64,000 nucleotides of DNA from a virus. Within the stretch, counting starts at the first letter, position 1. Each line of letters opens with the position of its first letter. Positions 39,120-50,374 of this stretch are shown one piece after another. The stretch spans positions 38,175 to 102,174 of IMG/VR virus record IMGVR_UViG_3300005253_000144; one strand, written 5' to 3'. A program made the translations under genes and the position numbers. Under the pieces are notes generated by a model. That model saw only the letters and a program-made list of their open reading frames with translations. It did no database searches and was not told the DNA's origin.

Positions 39120-39440
39120 CTATATGGCTTGCTCACCGCTCGCCTCCAATACTGCCAATAGTGCCTTTGCGTACATGCCCGGTTTGTAAGAACCCAAAAC
39201 AAGGTTCAAGTGGAACGCAGGCATATCAACATAACCATCCGGCACAGGAATAAGACTAATAAGAGCTTCCTTAAATATATTCAACCTAGAGTTGCTCCGC
39301 ACCCACTCCAATATTATCCCGTCACTTTCCCAAGAGGGCGCACTGTCGAATTTGGGAAATGCATTTCCGTACCCGCCATAACCCCCGTTAACGTTTCTTC
39401 CCAACACCACCACCGCTATGCGTATGTCATTCTTGGTCAT
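39120..39440 (-). CDS. Phage protein (paralog of 42301..42711)
   Basis: Shared NDIRIA, FDSAPSWESDGIILEWV and ALLAVLEASGE blocks. Confidence 0.65.
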   Translation of the reverse strand: MTKNDIRIAVVVLGRNVNGGYGGYGNAFPKFDSAPSWESDGIILEWVRSNSRLNIFKEALISLIPVPDGYVDMPAFHLNLVLGSYKPGMYAKALLAVLEASGEQAI

Positions 39441-39705
39441 TTTGGTTTTCCCCTATCGGCTAACTTACTTGGCCAACCAACAAGTTGAATACGTAGTCCA
39501 TCAGAATATTTCACGTCAATATCCAGCATCCCCAAAGACAGCAGCCACACACCAAGCCATAAAATTGTTCTACCCATCGCTCACTCTCCTGTATCACCGG
39601 TTATACAAAATCTCTTGGGTCATCCGTGCTCTTTTCCTTACATTCCTAATATTTATACCCAAGTGTTTATGAAAAATTTCCTTATCTATTCTTCTCATCA
39701 CTCCT

Positions 39706-39945
39706 CTACTGAACAAGCTCTCTGCCCGTCCACACTATAACTTCAACGTATTCGATATTCAATAACTTGGCAATTTCTAGCCGATGGTTGCCATCTATGA
39801 CATACCACTTCATGTCCATAACGATTGGCTCTCTTATTCCCCTCTTCCTCACATCTTTCAACATACGGTCAAATCTCTTATTTCCTGGCATTAAGCCTGA
39901 ATTGGGAGGCCAGAGGGTTTGGAGAAGCTGTGTCGGAATTTTCAT
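39706..39945 (-). CDS. ParB/Srx N-terminal-domain protein
   Basis: GIREPIV...VIDGNHRLEIAKLL. Confidence 0.8.
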   Translation of the reverse strand: MKIPTQLLQTLWPPNSGLMPGNKRFDRMLKDVRKRGIREPIVMDMKWYVIDGNHRLEIAKLLNIEYVEVIVWTGRELVQ

Positions 39946-40440
39946 CTATTCATCCTCTATTTTGGCTTCGATTAGATTTATCAACGGCTTGCGGTATATC
40001 GCCCCATCTATGGGATGAGCGTACCTATTGATTGTCTCAATATCCTCCCGCCGCGCCGCATTACGCTCTTGCTTACCTTGCTTTTCTAGGAACGGATCAA
40101 GTAATCGCAATGTATTGTCAGCCTCTTTTCTGTCACTGTCTTTTTCTTCTTCGGACAATTCGGAATAAGGTGTACCAATCTGTCTTTGCCAACGCTCAGC
40201 ATATATAAGAGAGATCATAATGTTCCCAAACTCATCTTTCGTACATTGGCTAAATAAATACTTCATCCACCCGGACCAGCGTTCATGTTCCTGATCTGCC
40301 AATTGCTCACGTAGCCGGGCGCGCTCCTCAGCGCTTATCTGCTTATCCTTATTGATATGTAGCGTAGTTTCCGGTGCTACGCGACCAGGGAAGTCAGTGT
40401 TTTCTGTGTCTAATTTCATATTGCGCTCCTTACGCATCAC
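39946..40440 (-). CDS. Phage protein (paralog of 40891..41466)
   Basis: QEHERWSxWMKYLFS...WQRQIxTPY..SEEEKDSDRKEADNTLRL shared. Confidence 0.7.
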   Translation of the reverse strand: MMRKERNMKLDTENTDFPGRVAPETTLHINKDKQISAEERARLREQLADQEHERWSGWMKYLFSQCTKDEFGNIMISLIYAERWQRQIGTPYSELSEEEKDSDRKEADNTLRLLDPFLEKQGKQERNAARREDIETINRYAHPIDGAIYRKPLINLIEAKIEDE

Positions 40441-40890
40441 CTTATTTGCTGGTATCTCAAAGTTTGCCTTTATCCAGCCAGTTGTTCAAAGAAACCAGTA
40501 GTTTTTCTACTAGTTCTACATCCAGGTGCATTCTTTCCCCATTCGCCGTACCCAACCACACCGCCGATGAACCAGGTTGCGTATTGTCCGCTAATGAACT
40601 TTGCTGGAGGCTACAATCAAGTCCATATCTATCCTTGAACACAATATATTGAAATCCCCGTGATGTATTTTTTATTTCGCCTAACCTATCCATACGCACC
40701 AGAAATCCGGGCTTTTCAGGAACATGCATATCATTGTCGCTTGCCCTCAAATGTGTCGTTGCCGCCCACCCTTCCGCTTGCTCCCTTTGTTCCAATGTCC
40801 AGCCTTCTATATCCTCAATTTCTACATGAACACCAACCAAACTTAATAAATCTTTCAATGCTTCCATAATCAACCTCTCTTACATACTGC

Positions 40891-41466
40891 CTAGTATTTA
40901 TCTTCCAGACCATATTCTTCTGCTAGATTCTTGAGCAATTCGTGGTTTGGGGAAACGTGCTTTATAAATTCCCCAGCACCACCACCACGCGCCCAGACTT
41001 TGTATGCCTCAACTTCCGCGGGGAATCCCACGGCTAGTTTTTTGAGATTATTTACGTCAGCGATGTGAATTGCCTCAAATAGATTCTTATAAAAGCTACC
41101 GCTTCTCCTATACTGAAAGTCTAAATATTTGTCAAAGCCATTTACGGATTTATCTACCGCCGCATATCCGGGGAGATGGGCTTCAATAAGTCGAAGCGTA
41201 TTGTCGGCCTCTTTCCTGTCGCTATCCTTTTCTTCCTCAGACATTTTGGCATATGGCGTATCGATTTGCCTTTGCCAATGTTCAACACTTTCAGCGGGAA
41301 TCACCATCGCCTTATCCAAGCCATAGCATTTTGAAAATAAATACTTCATCCACCTGGACCAGCGTTCATGTTCTTGAGCCGCTAACATCTCGCGTATCTC
41401 TTCCAACCGCTTATTCATCTGCTGCCTCTCTTGCTCTGTTTTATTAGCCAGTGTCCGGCTTTCCAT
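40891..41466 (-). CDS. Phage protein (paralog of 39946..40440) with a different C-terminal domain
   Basis: Same QEHERW block, then GSFYKNLFEAI..AD..NL.KL..GFP. Confidence 0.7.
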   Translation of the reverse strand: MESRTLANKTEQERQQMNKRLEEIREMLAAQEHERWSRWMKYLFSKCYGLDKAMVIPAESVEHWQRQIDTPYAKMSEEEKDSDRKEADNTLRLIEAHLPGYAAVDKSVNGFDKYLDFQYRRSGSFYKNLFEAIHIADVNNLKKLAVGFPAEVEAYKVWARGGGAGEFIKHVSPNHELLKNLAEEYGLEDKY

Positions 41467-42300
41467 AACAAAAACCTCCTGAAGGTTTTGAGGGTTGGTT
41501 CTACTACATACCAGCCATTGCCAAAATCAAGCGTTTTCATCATTCACTCCTGTGGCCGTCACAGACATATAGGGCAGCTCGGCCCAGGTTGTCGTATTTA
41601 GGGCCATCTGGACGTCTACAATCCCATACCGAACTTCTGATAGATTCTCCAATTTTTTTACGTGAGTACAACTCGTCAAGTAGCCCACAACCACGACATG
41701 ATTTTCTTACTGGCAACATCCGCAAATTCCGTGGAGAAACTCTCCTTCCTTTCGTATGTTCAAATCCCATTCTGCACCTTCCTGTACTTCTTTGGGGGGT
41801 TTAGTTTAGGCATCATTGTGGTTTCCTTACTCTAAATCCTGTTAGTCCAGCCAGAGGATGATTTGATTCGTCTTGTGGAGCGATAGCCAAGCGCGCCTCC
41901 GTCCCATCCGCAGACATCGCTGCGCCATTCAAGTTAACCCCTAATGGCAAACCTCTAAACACAAAGGGCAACTCACAATCCCTGCACCGAACACGAATAT
42001 CCGCACTGAATCTGCCAGAATCCACTAGTCTATTCACCTCAACAAAAGCGTCAAATTCCAAGTGCTTACACTCACTCATCACTTGTCCTCTGGGGGGATG
42101 CCATCAAAATGCTTGGCGGGGAAACCCTATTGTTTAGGGTGTTTACCGCTACATCATAATAAGCCTTGCTCTCTTTTGCCAAAGCCTCTACACACAAGAT
42201 TAGCATTTCCTCTTTATCAACATCCCCCCTAAGATAGCTTTGATAACCAACGTATACTATCGGGCTTTCCCTAGCCACCTCTATTATGCGCATCAAAGTG

Positions 42301-42711
42301 TCACTCACCGCTCGCCTCCAATACTGCCAATAGTGCAGTTGCGTAGTCGCCTTTTTTGCCATACGTTAAATACATGCGTAGCGTGTTGTTTATGACAGGA
42401 AAAATACCCTCTCTTTTGACAATTAGGCGTTCTACCTCATCTGCAATGGCCTGTATGAAAAAATCATCCTGCCCCTGCACCCATTCCAATATTATCCCGT
42501 CACTTTCCCAAGAGGGCGCACTGTCGAAGGGACGAGCGACCCATTTTCCGGGCTCTTTACCAACGAATTCAAGTATCCAGCAACCACTCTTTGAAACCCA
42601 AGGAAACCCGTCAATACTATCTAATAATGCTTGAGCCATTCCCCCACCGCCCAATAAGTCTGGTTTCGGTTCAACCGCCTCCGCTATGCGTATGTCATTA
42701 GCGTTTGTCAT
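42301..42711 (-). CDS. Phage protein (paralog of 39120..39440)
   Basis: Shared identical sequence blocks with 39120..39440. Confidence 0.65.
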   Translation of the reverse strand: MTNANDIRIAEAVEPKPDLLGGGGMAQALLDSIDGFPWVSKSGCWILEFVGKEPGKWVARPFDSAPSWESDGIILEWVQGQDDFFIQAIADEVERLIVKREGIFPVINNTLRMYLTYGKKGDYATALLAVLEASGE

Positions 42712-42870
42712 TTCTATACCAACGTATTTCAACCCTTCGCAACATCACGTAGCTAAATACATCTTCATCATTACGCGCCCACCAAGCTGAAAATCCGCGG
42801 TTCATCGGCCAAATAACAACACTTAATCTGCCCAACCTTTTTGATGGTACAACATTCACCATAAATTTAC

Positions 42871-43131
42871 TCATCGCTCACTCTCCGTATATCCGGTTAC
42901 ACTGGGCGGTTCTGGGAGCGGCATCCAGTGGGTAACAGGTTCAAGCCTATTGCCAATTCCTTGATTCTCCCCCACAAAATGCCAGCCATTTTTTTCCAAC
43001 CAACCAATAGTTGTAAGACGAACACCCTCCAGCCCAATTGCTTTTATCTGTGTCCCACATACCAAAACATCCTCAGACGAAACATTTTCGTCAACTTCTG
43101 GCGCTCTCTCGCCAACACTAATCCATTCCAT
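42871..43131 (-). CDS. DUF551-like protein
   Basis: WISVGERAP...VTHWMPLPEPP. Confidence 0.85.
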   Translation of the reverse strand: MEWISVGERAPEVDENVSSEDVLVCGTQIKAIGLEGVRLTTIGWLEKNGWHFVGENQGIGNRLEPVTHWMPLPEPPSVTGYTESER

Positions 43132-43759
43132 CTTGCGCCTCCAGTGCTGTTAGGGCTTCTCTTAGCTTATCTTCTGTATGAAATCCTGGATCTTTTATTA
43201 ATTCCCGCGCTGCCTTACGCAACGCTTCGTAGTGGGTGAGTTTAGTGCGCAATTCCGTTATCCTCTGGTAATCATTCCACATTGCATTCTTTATATCGTC
43301 TTCGCTCATGTTCTCAAAATACGCGGCGATAAATTCTTTCTTCGTTGGCATGTCACTCCTCTATTTTGGCTTCAATTGCTTTTGCATAATCTGTAAGAGC
43401 TTTGTTGTACGCCCTCCGCTCCCTCGCATTCTCTCCACGCCATATATTTAGGTATCCCGTATGCAATTCCGCCCGCGCCGCATTACGCTCTTGCTTACCG
43501 TGGACTTTGAATTCATCCTCCAAATCTTTTTTTATGGCCTTGTTCGCATCCATATCGCCATGTTCCAAATGATGTTCTAGTGCCGTTACCGATGCTTGGA
43601 GTCGGGTGTTTTCTTTTTGGCAATTTTCAATGCGCGTCTCTGCCCAAACCCGGAGTGCCTCAATCTGTTCCTCGCGCAATTCTCCAGCGCGTTGAATGTT
43701 TTTAAGCCCCTCGTCAATATTATCCATTATTTCATTTGCTTCATTATGAAAGTTGCTCA

Positions 43760-44476
43760 TTATTCGGTTTCTCCTTTTCGATAATCATTGCCCCATGAAT
43801 CTTCGCCGCGCGCCATGTCGATTGCGACCCAACCTGTCACAGTTATTATCCAATCGACCGACCACCACCCGCTAAAGCGTTTAGCAACAACTGCCGTTCG
43901 CGCGGTTAGTTCTAATACTTCGTCCTTGCTTTCTTGATTAACACGCCAAAGCAACTCTCCCCAATTATCCGGGAGTGGCATTCCATAATAATTGGTTTGA
44001 AAGACTTCTTTTGGCCAATAAGGAATGTGATGCTCAACCTTTCCGTCCCTAAAAAAGTAGCGCCGCTCAATTCTTATTGGCAATCCATTAAAGGCTGTGA
44101 ATGCGGCGGGGTTTCCAAACTTCAATCGTTCCCGGACCGCCCAAGTCCCCATCGGCAAACTAGGCATCGCCATGCCAGATTCTTCAACCAATGCAAAGAT
44201 ATGTGCGGCAAGTCTTTCTGTTGTTTCCAGTAAACAGGTTTGCTTGGCATTATGCTTACCTGATGTATGACCGGTGCGCAAGAATACTGGATGTCCTATA
44301 ATTGAAATGGCATGTTTTAATTCACCAAGAAACTCGTCCATTCTGTGCGGCACCTTGCCATCCAGCATGTCCCATAAGTCACCAGATGTTTGAATGATAA
44401 TTGTTTTGGGCACAGGCTGTTCTGATAGTAAAAGCTTCGGGAACCAGTATGCTATATCATTCTTGTCTATTGCCAT
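43760..44476 (-). CDS. ATP-grasp-like protein, first gene of the leftward arm
   Basis: PVFLRTGHTSGKH, ERRYF, WSVDW...WVAIDM. Confidence 0.55.
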   Translation of the reverse strand: MAIDKNDIAYWFPKLLLSEQPVPKTIIIQTSGDLWDMLDGKVPHRMDEFLGELKHAISIIGHPVFLRTGHTSGKHNAKQTCLLETTERLAAHIFALVEESGMAMPSLPMGTWAVRERLKFGNPAAFTAFNGLPIRIERRYFFRDGKVEHHIPYWPKEVFQTNYYGMPLPDNWGELLWRVNQESKDEVLELTARTAVVAKRFSGWWSVDWIITVTGWVAIDMARGEDSWGNDYRKGETE

Positions 44477-44516
44477 TAACCTATCATCCTTTATATTCTT
44501 TAATATGCTATGAAGT

Positions 44517-44546
44517 ATATTATCACGTTCCGCTATAATATGTCAA
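44517..44546 (-). promoter_or_regulatory. Leftward divergent promoter with TATAGC box
   Basis: TTGACA-TATTATAGCGGAACGTGA (18 nt)-TAATAT. Confidence 0.7.
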
Positions 44547-44677
44547 GATTGGTAAATCGTGGACGGACTTTTAAAGGGCGGGGAGGGCTTTATTATAGGG
44601 GTCACAAGTTTGCAAAGGGTTTTGTGTTCTGGCACCATACTTTGGACGTTTAATGCGCAGCCCCAAATTTGCTTGAC

Positions 44678-44706
44678 TTGACGAATTATAGCACCTGTGG
44701 TATAAT
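44678..44706 (+). promoter_or_regulatory. Rightward divergent promoter with TATAGC box
   Basis: TTGACG-AATTATAGCACCTGTGG (17 nt)-TATAAT. Confidence 0.85.
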
Positions 44707-45078
44707 TAGGTATATGCGTTTTACAAACCATAAATGATTGGAGGTCATAACTATGGCAGGGCGTAATAAAGCTTGGTTCGTTTGTGTTCTAAGGGCATTC
44801 CCGCGCTACCCCTATATCGCAGCAGTATATGCTACATCTAAGACTGCCGCGTGCCAACTCTTTCTGGAATATCTGGAAGATGGCGATTTCAGATTAAAGC
44901 GTAAAACCACAAGCGCGGTCGAAACAATTCTGGCCAGCACGAAACGGTCGAAAAGTTTTGCCGGTGGCAAATCCGGGTATGTGATTCTTGGCTTTGAATT
45001 TGAAGAAGAATCGGCTGACGAGAATACTGATGAATCAGAAGTCACGGGTGCTGAAATAGTTTTGGTGGCGGCATAATT

Positions 45079-45588
45079 ATGGGGAGTAAACGAGATACCC
45101 AACGAGCGCGCGTCTATCGCGCCGAGAAGGATGCCTTTTACACCTATAACGGTTCTGGTAACAAACAACTTTTGTTTGGGAAGTCATTTAGTTCCCTGAA
45201 AGATATGCGTATCCGGGTCAAAAACATATGCTCATCAAAATGGTGGCGTGACAAATCTTATACATTCTGGATATCGTTGAACCGTTTTGAGAAACAACTT
45301 TATGGAGCAACGGCATATAGTTATAAAATCCTGATTGGGAAACGTGAAACCGATGAGTGGGTATTGATTCACGAACTGGCCCATGTATTGCAACGCTCAG
45401 TGCGCGATGAATACTCTGACAGGTTGGGCATTCCTGCTTTCATAGGTGATACACGCGGTCATGGTCGCTCTTTTTGCCGTATTTATCTTGCGATGGTACG
45501 GCGGTTCATTGGGGTTGAGGCCTACAATGCCCTACGCCTCTCATTCAAACATAACAACGTCAAATACGCAAGGTCGGCAGAGGATTAA
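45079..45588 (+). CDS. Zincin-like metallopeptidase-fold protein
   Basis: VLIHELAH plus downstream GHGRSFCRIYL. Confidence 0.75.
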   Translation: MGSKRDTQRARVYRAEKDAFYTYNGSGNKQLLFGKSFSSLKDMRIRVKNICSSKWWRDKSYTFWISLNRFEKQLYGATAYSYKILIGKRETDEWVLIHELAHVLQRSVRDEYSDRLGIPAFIGDTRGHGRSFCRIYLAMVRRFIGVEAYNALRLSFKHNNVKYARSAED

Positions 45589-45589
45589 T

Positions 45590-46354
45590 ATGGCACCATC
45601 ATATGATGAAAAGATTTTTACCGTTCATAATGAAAAGTGGCATACACCTGCCAGCAATTATCCTCAAAATGAATTTGGGGAAGTCAGACTCAAGTCCATC
45701 AACTACAAGCCCGGAATTTACCCTTGCTATGGAATGCGAGGATATCAATACTTCCAGGTTATCAAGATGCTCCCGGTAATGACGCTCCAGCGCAAATTCA
45801 CGCCCATCAAACAACGCCAAAGTACGCATTGGCACACATGGATGGTAGACGATATTCCCCATTGGTGGGCAATGCAGGATTATGCATCTAAGTGTAGCGG
45901 CGATGTGTTGGTTGGCGGATTAGGTCTCGGATTGATAATTCATGCCCTTTGTGCCAATCCTTCTGTTCAGCACATTCATGTTGTTGATTACGATTCAGAC
46001 GTAATCAAATTGGTTGCGCCTCTCCTTCCAAAGGGAAGCAAGGCTTCTATTGAAATTGTTGATGCCAATTTCTTTGATTGGTGGTACGATGACGAAAAGG
46101 ATTGGGACAACGTCATCCTAGATTTATGGGTCACCAAAGGAAAGGACCAAACGCTGCGTTTGGAAAAAAACACGATAACCCCTTTATATCGCTATCTCTG
46201 CAAACGCTACCCCTGGGGCAAAAGTTTTATTCACGGATTTATGTCTGCTCATAGAACTACTGAAGGGAAGTATATGCGGCACATCCACCTTTCAAATTAT
46301 CCGGGGGTAAATTTCTTACGCCCTTCATATAATAATATGCTTGACAATCTATAG
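45590..46354 (+). CDS. Class I SAM-dependent (spermidine synthase-like) transferase
   Basis: WMVD, GDVLVGGLGLG, VVDYDSDVIKLV, ILDLW; start moved to ATG 45590. Confidence 0.75.
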   Translation: MAPSYDEKIFTVHNEKWHTPASNYPQNEFGEVRLKSINYKPGIYPCYGMRGYQYFQVIKMLPVMTLQRKFTPIKQRQSTHWHTWMVDDIPHWWAMQDYASKCSGDVLVGGLGLGLIIHALCANPSVQHIHVVDYDSDVIKLVAPLLPKGSKASIEIVDANFFDWWYDDEKDWDNVILDLWVTKGKDQTLRLEKNTITPLYRYLCKRYPWGKSFIHGFMSAHRTTEGKYMRHIHLSNYPGVNFLRPSYNNMLDNL

Positions 46355-46369
46355 CGCACCTGCTATTAT
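46341..46369 (+). promoter_or_regulatory. Promoter with TATAGC box
   Basis: TTGACA-ATCTATAGCGCACCTGC (17 nt)-TATTAT. Confidence 0.75.
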
Positions 46370-46629
46370 ATGTATGTCTTATAAAACAGGAACAAAAAAG
46401 GAGAAAAGTTGATGGAAAACACCGCTAGTATTAATCTCATCGGCACATATAATTTCACCAACGCCAATGCCCGGCAGCCCTGGGGCGTGGTGGAAAATGC
46501 AAACCACCGTTCAGGTCTTCTTGACGTTTTCTTTCCCCACAACCCTGAAGACAAACAGCACGGTCAAGTAGCACTCCACGAATTACTGGCCTGGTCATCT
46601 GCGGGGGTTATCGAAAAGGTTGATAATTC

Positions 46630-47394
46630 ATGAGCACGCCATGGGGACGTATCCAGCAAGTAGATGTGTATGAACGCGGAATCGCTTTCGTGCACACAGG
46701 TAGTCATGGCGGAGTAAGGGTTTCCCCATCCTATGCTAAAAAGCATCTCAGCCCACTTGCCATTGAACGGGGAACACGTTGGGGAGGGAGCGATACCTAT
46801 CTTTATTATGAAGAGGATTGCCAATGGGCAATAGTGGCATGGGAATTGCCGCACCTTTGGGATAAGTTCTTTTCCTACGCGCATGAGAAAACCGCTGTTC
46901 AGCAGAGGGAATTCTTGGCCGGAACATTGGCTCATTGGGAGCCGGAATATGCTATACAAATGGGCATAATCGATTTACAGAATCCGCCCGAAATCTTTTG
47001 TCACGGCAACCACGATTCTGGTCAGCCGCTTACTGGCAAACCTATTGTCTCGGTCAATGGTAGCAAAAGCATTGTGTGTGATATATGCGGGGAGACCATA
47101 CTTGATAATGTTTCCACCCCGCTCCCGTTTACAAGGGTAACAGCAAAGTTCCGCGGTACTGAACATGTTGGAACCACATTGCCCGTGAACTCGCGCTATG
47201 CATGGGCGGGTACTTGGCATTTTGGTTGGGAAAGCGACAATCTTCCAACACAGGTGGCCGTGGATATCCACGTTGAGAATTGCAAAGCGCGTAGCACGGT
47301 ATTGGAAATCCCGGTTGCGTGGGATTTTGGCGAGATATATTTTGAGCGCGCTGACCAACTCTTGGAGGATGACAGAGCATATGACACAAACTAA
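46630..47394 (+). CDS. Phage/plasmid early-region protein (TPWG...SHGG...YEEDC family)
   Basis: TPWG, TGSHGG, YYEEDCQWAIV motifs. Confidence 0.65.
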   Translation: MSTPWGRIQQVDVYERGIAFVHTGSHGGVRVSPSYAKKHLSPLAIERGTRWGGSDTYLYYEEDCQWAIVAWELPHLWDKFFSYAHEKTAVQQREFLAGTLAHWEPEYAIQMGIIDLQNPPEIFCHGNHDSGQPLTGKPIVSVNGSKSIVCDICGETILDNVSTPLPFTRVTAKFRGTEHVGTTLPVNSRYAWAGTWHFGWESDNLPTQVAVDIHVENCKARSTVLEIPVAWDFGEIYFERADQLLEDDRAYDTN

Positions 47395-48079
47395 AGTCAT
47401 CCCCAATAACTATGTTTGGTATCACGGCGGCATAATGACCGAATATCATACAAACATGTACAACGAAATGAGCCGCGAAATTGCGGAATTGCAGCGTAGC
47501 GGATTTAACAAAGACCACCTTGAACGCCTGTTAAATTCCCGCCACATGTTGGTTGAATTTTACATCCCGACATTGATATAGATGGCTATCGCTCTCCAGA
47601 GGTACACACAATGACACAATTTGAATTAATGCTAGAAGGCAGAAAACGCGTAATATGGGAGGGCAAGAATTGGCAAGATGCTATTGCGCGCTATCTTGAT
47701 TGCCACCCAAACCAAACCGTGATTGCTTGGCGCATTGCTCCTCAACACGGTATTTTCGTGGGAAACCACAAGCGTATTGCCCAATAACTCTCTCGTGGAG
47801 GCTTCATGACAAAGGATATGAAGAACCTACTACCTTATTCGGCCAACGGATTTAAAGTTCTCAATAAGTACGGCGATTTGGTCGTTGAAACTTTAAGCAA
47901 GAAGCAAGCCGAATTCCTCGCCACCGTAACTAATGCCCATTACCCTATGTTAGATGCCCTTGAAAAAATAAAGCGGCAATCCTCAAAACGAGTAGCCGCC
48001 GGACGGAAAAACGAGGTTGATTATTTTAATATTGCAGTAGCCGCAATCGCACAGGCCAAAGTAGAGGAGGCAGATAATC

Positions 48080-48661
48080 ATGGCTAGGATATCTTATATT
48101 CCAGAAAACCCCACCGAAGTCATTGAAGATGAAGGCTTAAAGACCATTATATATAGTTCTGATACGATACATGGAAAGCCGAAAGCCACGGCATTCAGCG
48201 GTAGACGGCAAGAGCCAGACTTCAATTATATATTCAAAAGCGTTGAGCAACGTAGTGAGCACATCGAACAGTATCTGGAAAGTCTGCGTAATGCGCGTGC
48301 TAGAAAAGACGAAGCCGCTCAACGCCGGAAGGATTTTGAGCACGACTTTATAGTTGGCGACATTCTCTATACATCGTGGGGATATGACCAAACCAATGTA
48401 AACTTCTTCCAGGTGACTGAGGTAGTTTCAAAGAAGAGCGTCCGCATCCGCGAGATTGCAAGTTCTGTTAAACAAGCCGGCTTCATGAGCGGTGAGGCTA
48501 TTCCACGTCCTGACGCTTTTTTGGAGCATTCTGCCGTCCTCAAAAACAACGATGGGACCTCCCTTAAACGTGTTCAGCCCGGCAACACGCTGTCGCTCAC
48601 AAGCTATTCCAGTGCCTATAAATGGGACGGCAAACCCAAGTATACAAGTTGGTATGCATAA
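48080..48661 (+). CDS. Conserved phage protein
   Basis: VGDILYTSWGYDQTNVNFFQV motif; GAGGAGG RBS. Confidence 0.7.
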   Translation: MARISYIPENPTEVIEDEGLKTIIYSSDTIHGKPKATAFSGRRQEPDFNYIFKSVEQRSEHIEQYLESLRNARARKDEAAQRRKDFEHDFIVGDILYTSWGYDQTNVNFFQVTEVVSKKSVRIREIASSVKQAGFMSGEAIPRPDAFLEHSAVLKNNDGTSLKRVQPGNTLSLTSYSSAYKWDGKPKYTSWYA

Positions 48662-49124
48662 TATGTTGAATGATGCCGCTAGTTTGCTCAAGGGAATTGG
48701 TCTAGAATCGGTGACCAGCGTATTTGCTGAATTGGTAGCTGCGGAAGAGGTTATTGTTACGGCTCAGAAAAAGTATCCAGATAAAGCGGATGAATTATCG
48801 GAACTGTTTTTAGTATTGATGCCCCCGACGGCTTTATGACGCGCACTGCGAAGAACTTGTAGAGCGTGTTGTAAATGGCAATGGGGATTCTAAAAGCCTT
48901 GCGGTTGCTACCAAGGCCGAGGTTGTGGCTCTGCTTTCCCTGCTATCTCTGGCCTCCCCGTTAAAAACCGATTATGTCGTGCTATATGAAACCCTCTTTA
49001 CAGAAATATTTGGTGGTGTAATCGCCGATAAATTATTTGATTATGGACCCATGCGCGAAAGCTATAAAGGCGCATGTGATGAAATTCTTAACAAAATCCG
49101 AAGTAAGTACGAAAGGAAATAATC

Positions 49125-49949
49125 ATGCGTAAAGATAAAAAAGGTGACCAAGTAGAGGAAGCCGTTTCCGTTCTAATCACCGGCAACAAGGCTGAAAGAA
49201 ACGCCATAAATTATTTGATTCTGGCAGTTACCAAGGATAAGACTAGGCCAATTCTTGGGGGTGTTTTTGTAGATGGCCCCAACGCAATGGCTGCCAATGG
49301 CTTTGTTTTACATATCGTGCCCACGCCTAAGTGTTTGAAGCCCTTTGACGGCAAAGTTGTCAAGCTGGGGAAATTAACAATAATTAAAGGCGCAAAGGCC
49401 TCTGATGAAAAATACTTTGTAGCAACGGCGGAAGTTGTTGAAGGCGATTTTCCTGACTACACCAAAATTGCCCGCATCAATCATGCCAATTTCCAAATCG
49501 GCGTGGACCTGGGGTTATTGCGTAATGCCATTGATAAAAACATTCCCCGCAGCCCGCTGTCCTCTTTTGGACTTATCACCCTCCAAGAGCCGTACAGCCC
49601 CATTATCATACAATCCAGTACGCCAGAACGCCATCCGGGGTTTGGTCGCCGCCGAAAAAGAAAGGGCAATAAGATAGCTGATGAAGACATACATGATGAC
49701 GCTTATATGGCGCAACGCCTAGCCGTTGTTTTGCCAATGCATGAAGCAGCAAGAAAGCTCAATCCCTTCTTGTCCGATTCAGAGAATGGGGACCTAACTT
49801 ACAGCCCCGTTGCTAGTCAGCGCCGGGAGGTTGAAACTTTGTTGGATATGATAAATGATGCATTTCCCCATTACCTGGAATTGTCAGGCGAGCATAAAGA
49901 ATTTGCCGCACAAGTTATAAAGGTGCGGCGCAAATTCGCCCTAGACTGA
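49125..49949 (+). CDS. DNA polymerase III beta-clamp-like fragment protein
   Basis: AVTKDKTRPILGGVFV...AANGFVL, GDFPDY resemble clamp domain motifs. Confidence 0.55.
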   Translation: MRKDKKGDQVEEAVSVLITGNKAERNAINYLILAVTKDKTRPILGGVFVDGPNAMAANGFVLHIVPTPKCLKPFDGKVVKLGKLTIIKGAKASDEKYFVATAEVVEGDFPDYTKIARINHANFQIGVDLGLLRNAIDKNIPRSPLSSFGLITLQEPYSPIIIQSSTPERHPGFGRRRKRKGNKIADEDIHDDAYMAQRLAVVLPMHEAARKLNPFLSDSENGDLTYSPVASQRREVETLLDMINDAFPHYLELSGEHKEFAAQVIKVRRKFALD

Positions 49950-50374
49950 CATGAGCATTGCCCAATCATTAGCCGATGAACTAGCTCTCACGCCATTTAA
50001 GGTGTGGTTTGCAACCGATGGCTTTACCTTCCGTGCGAATGTGCGCGCACCAAATAGCTTTGCGGCGCGGTTAGCCTTTATGACCTTGGTACGTGAGTTA
50101 GAGCCAGAAAAGGCAACCCTTTTGCCCCCGCTGATTAGCCTATTGTCTTTGGATATTGGATCGGATAATAGTTGGGCTACATTAGAATGCTGCCTACAAT
50201 GTAAGGGTGCCGGCGAAATGATGAGCGGCTTTAACCGAGAGGGGTACAATATACATTTGAGGCAATGTACCAACTGCGGCGGCGCGGGCGGCTTTCTTAC
50301 AGTAGACGATGCAAGCAAAGGCATTATAGGTAGTACAATATAAAGAATGTCAAAAACAAAGATTGAATGGATGC

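Noticed and set aside
39137-39202. Shared peptide HYWQYWRRAVS at the starts of ORFs 38912..39202 and 42072..42362
   Set aside because: It is the alternative-frame reading of the 33-bp repeat that encodes ALLAVLEASGE in the upstream genes; the true starts are the downstream GTGs
36332-43499. CRISPR array or diversity-generating retroelement explanation for the repeats
   Set aside because: The repeats are dispersed pairs, not regularly spaced; there is no cas or reverse transcriptase gene and no adenine-specific mismatch pattern
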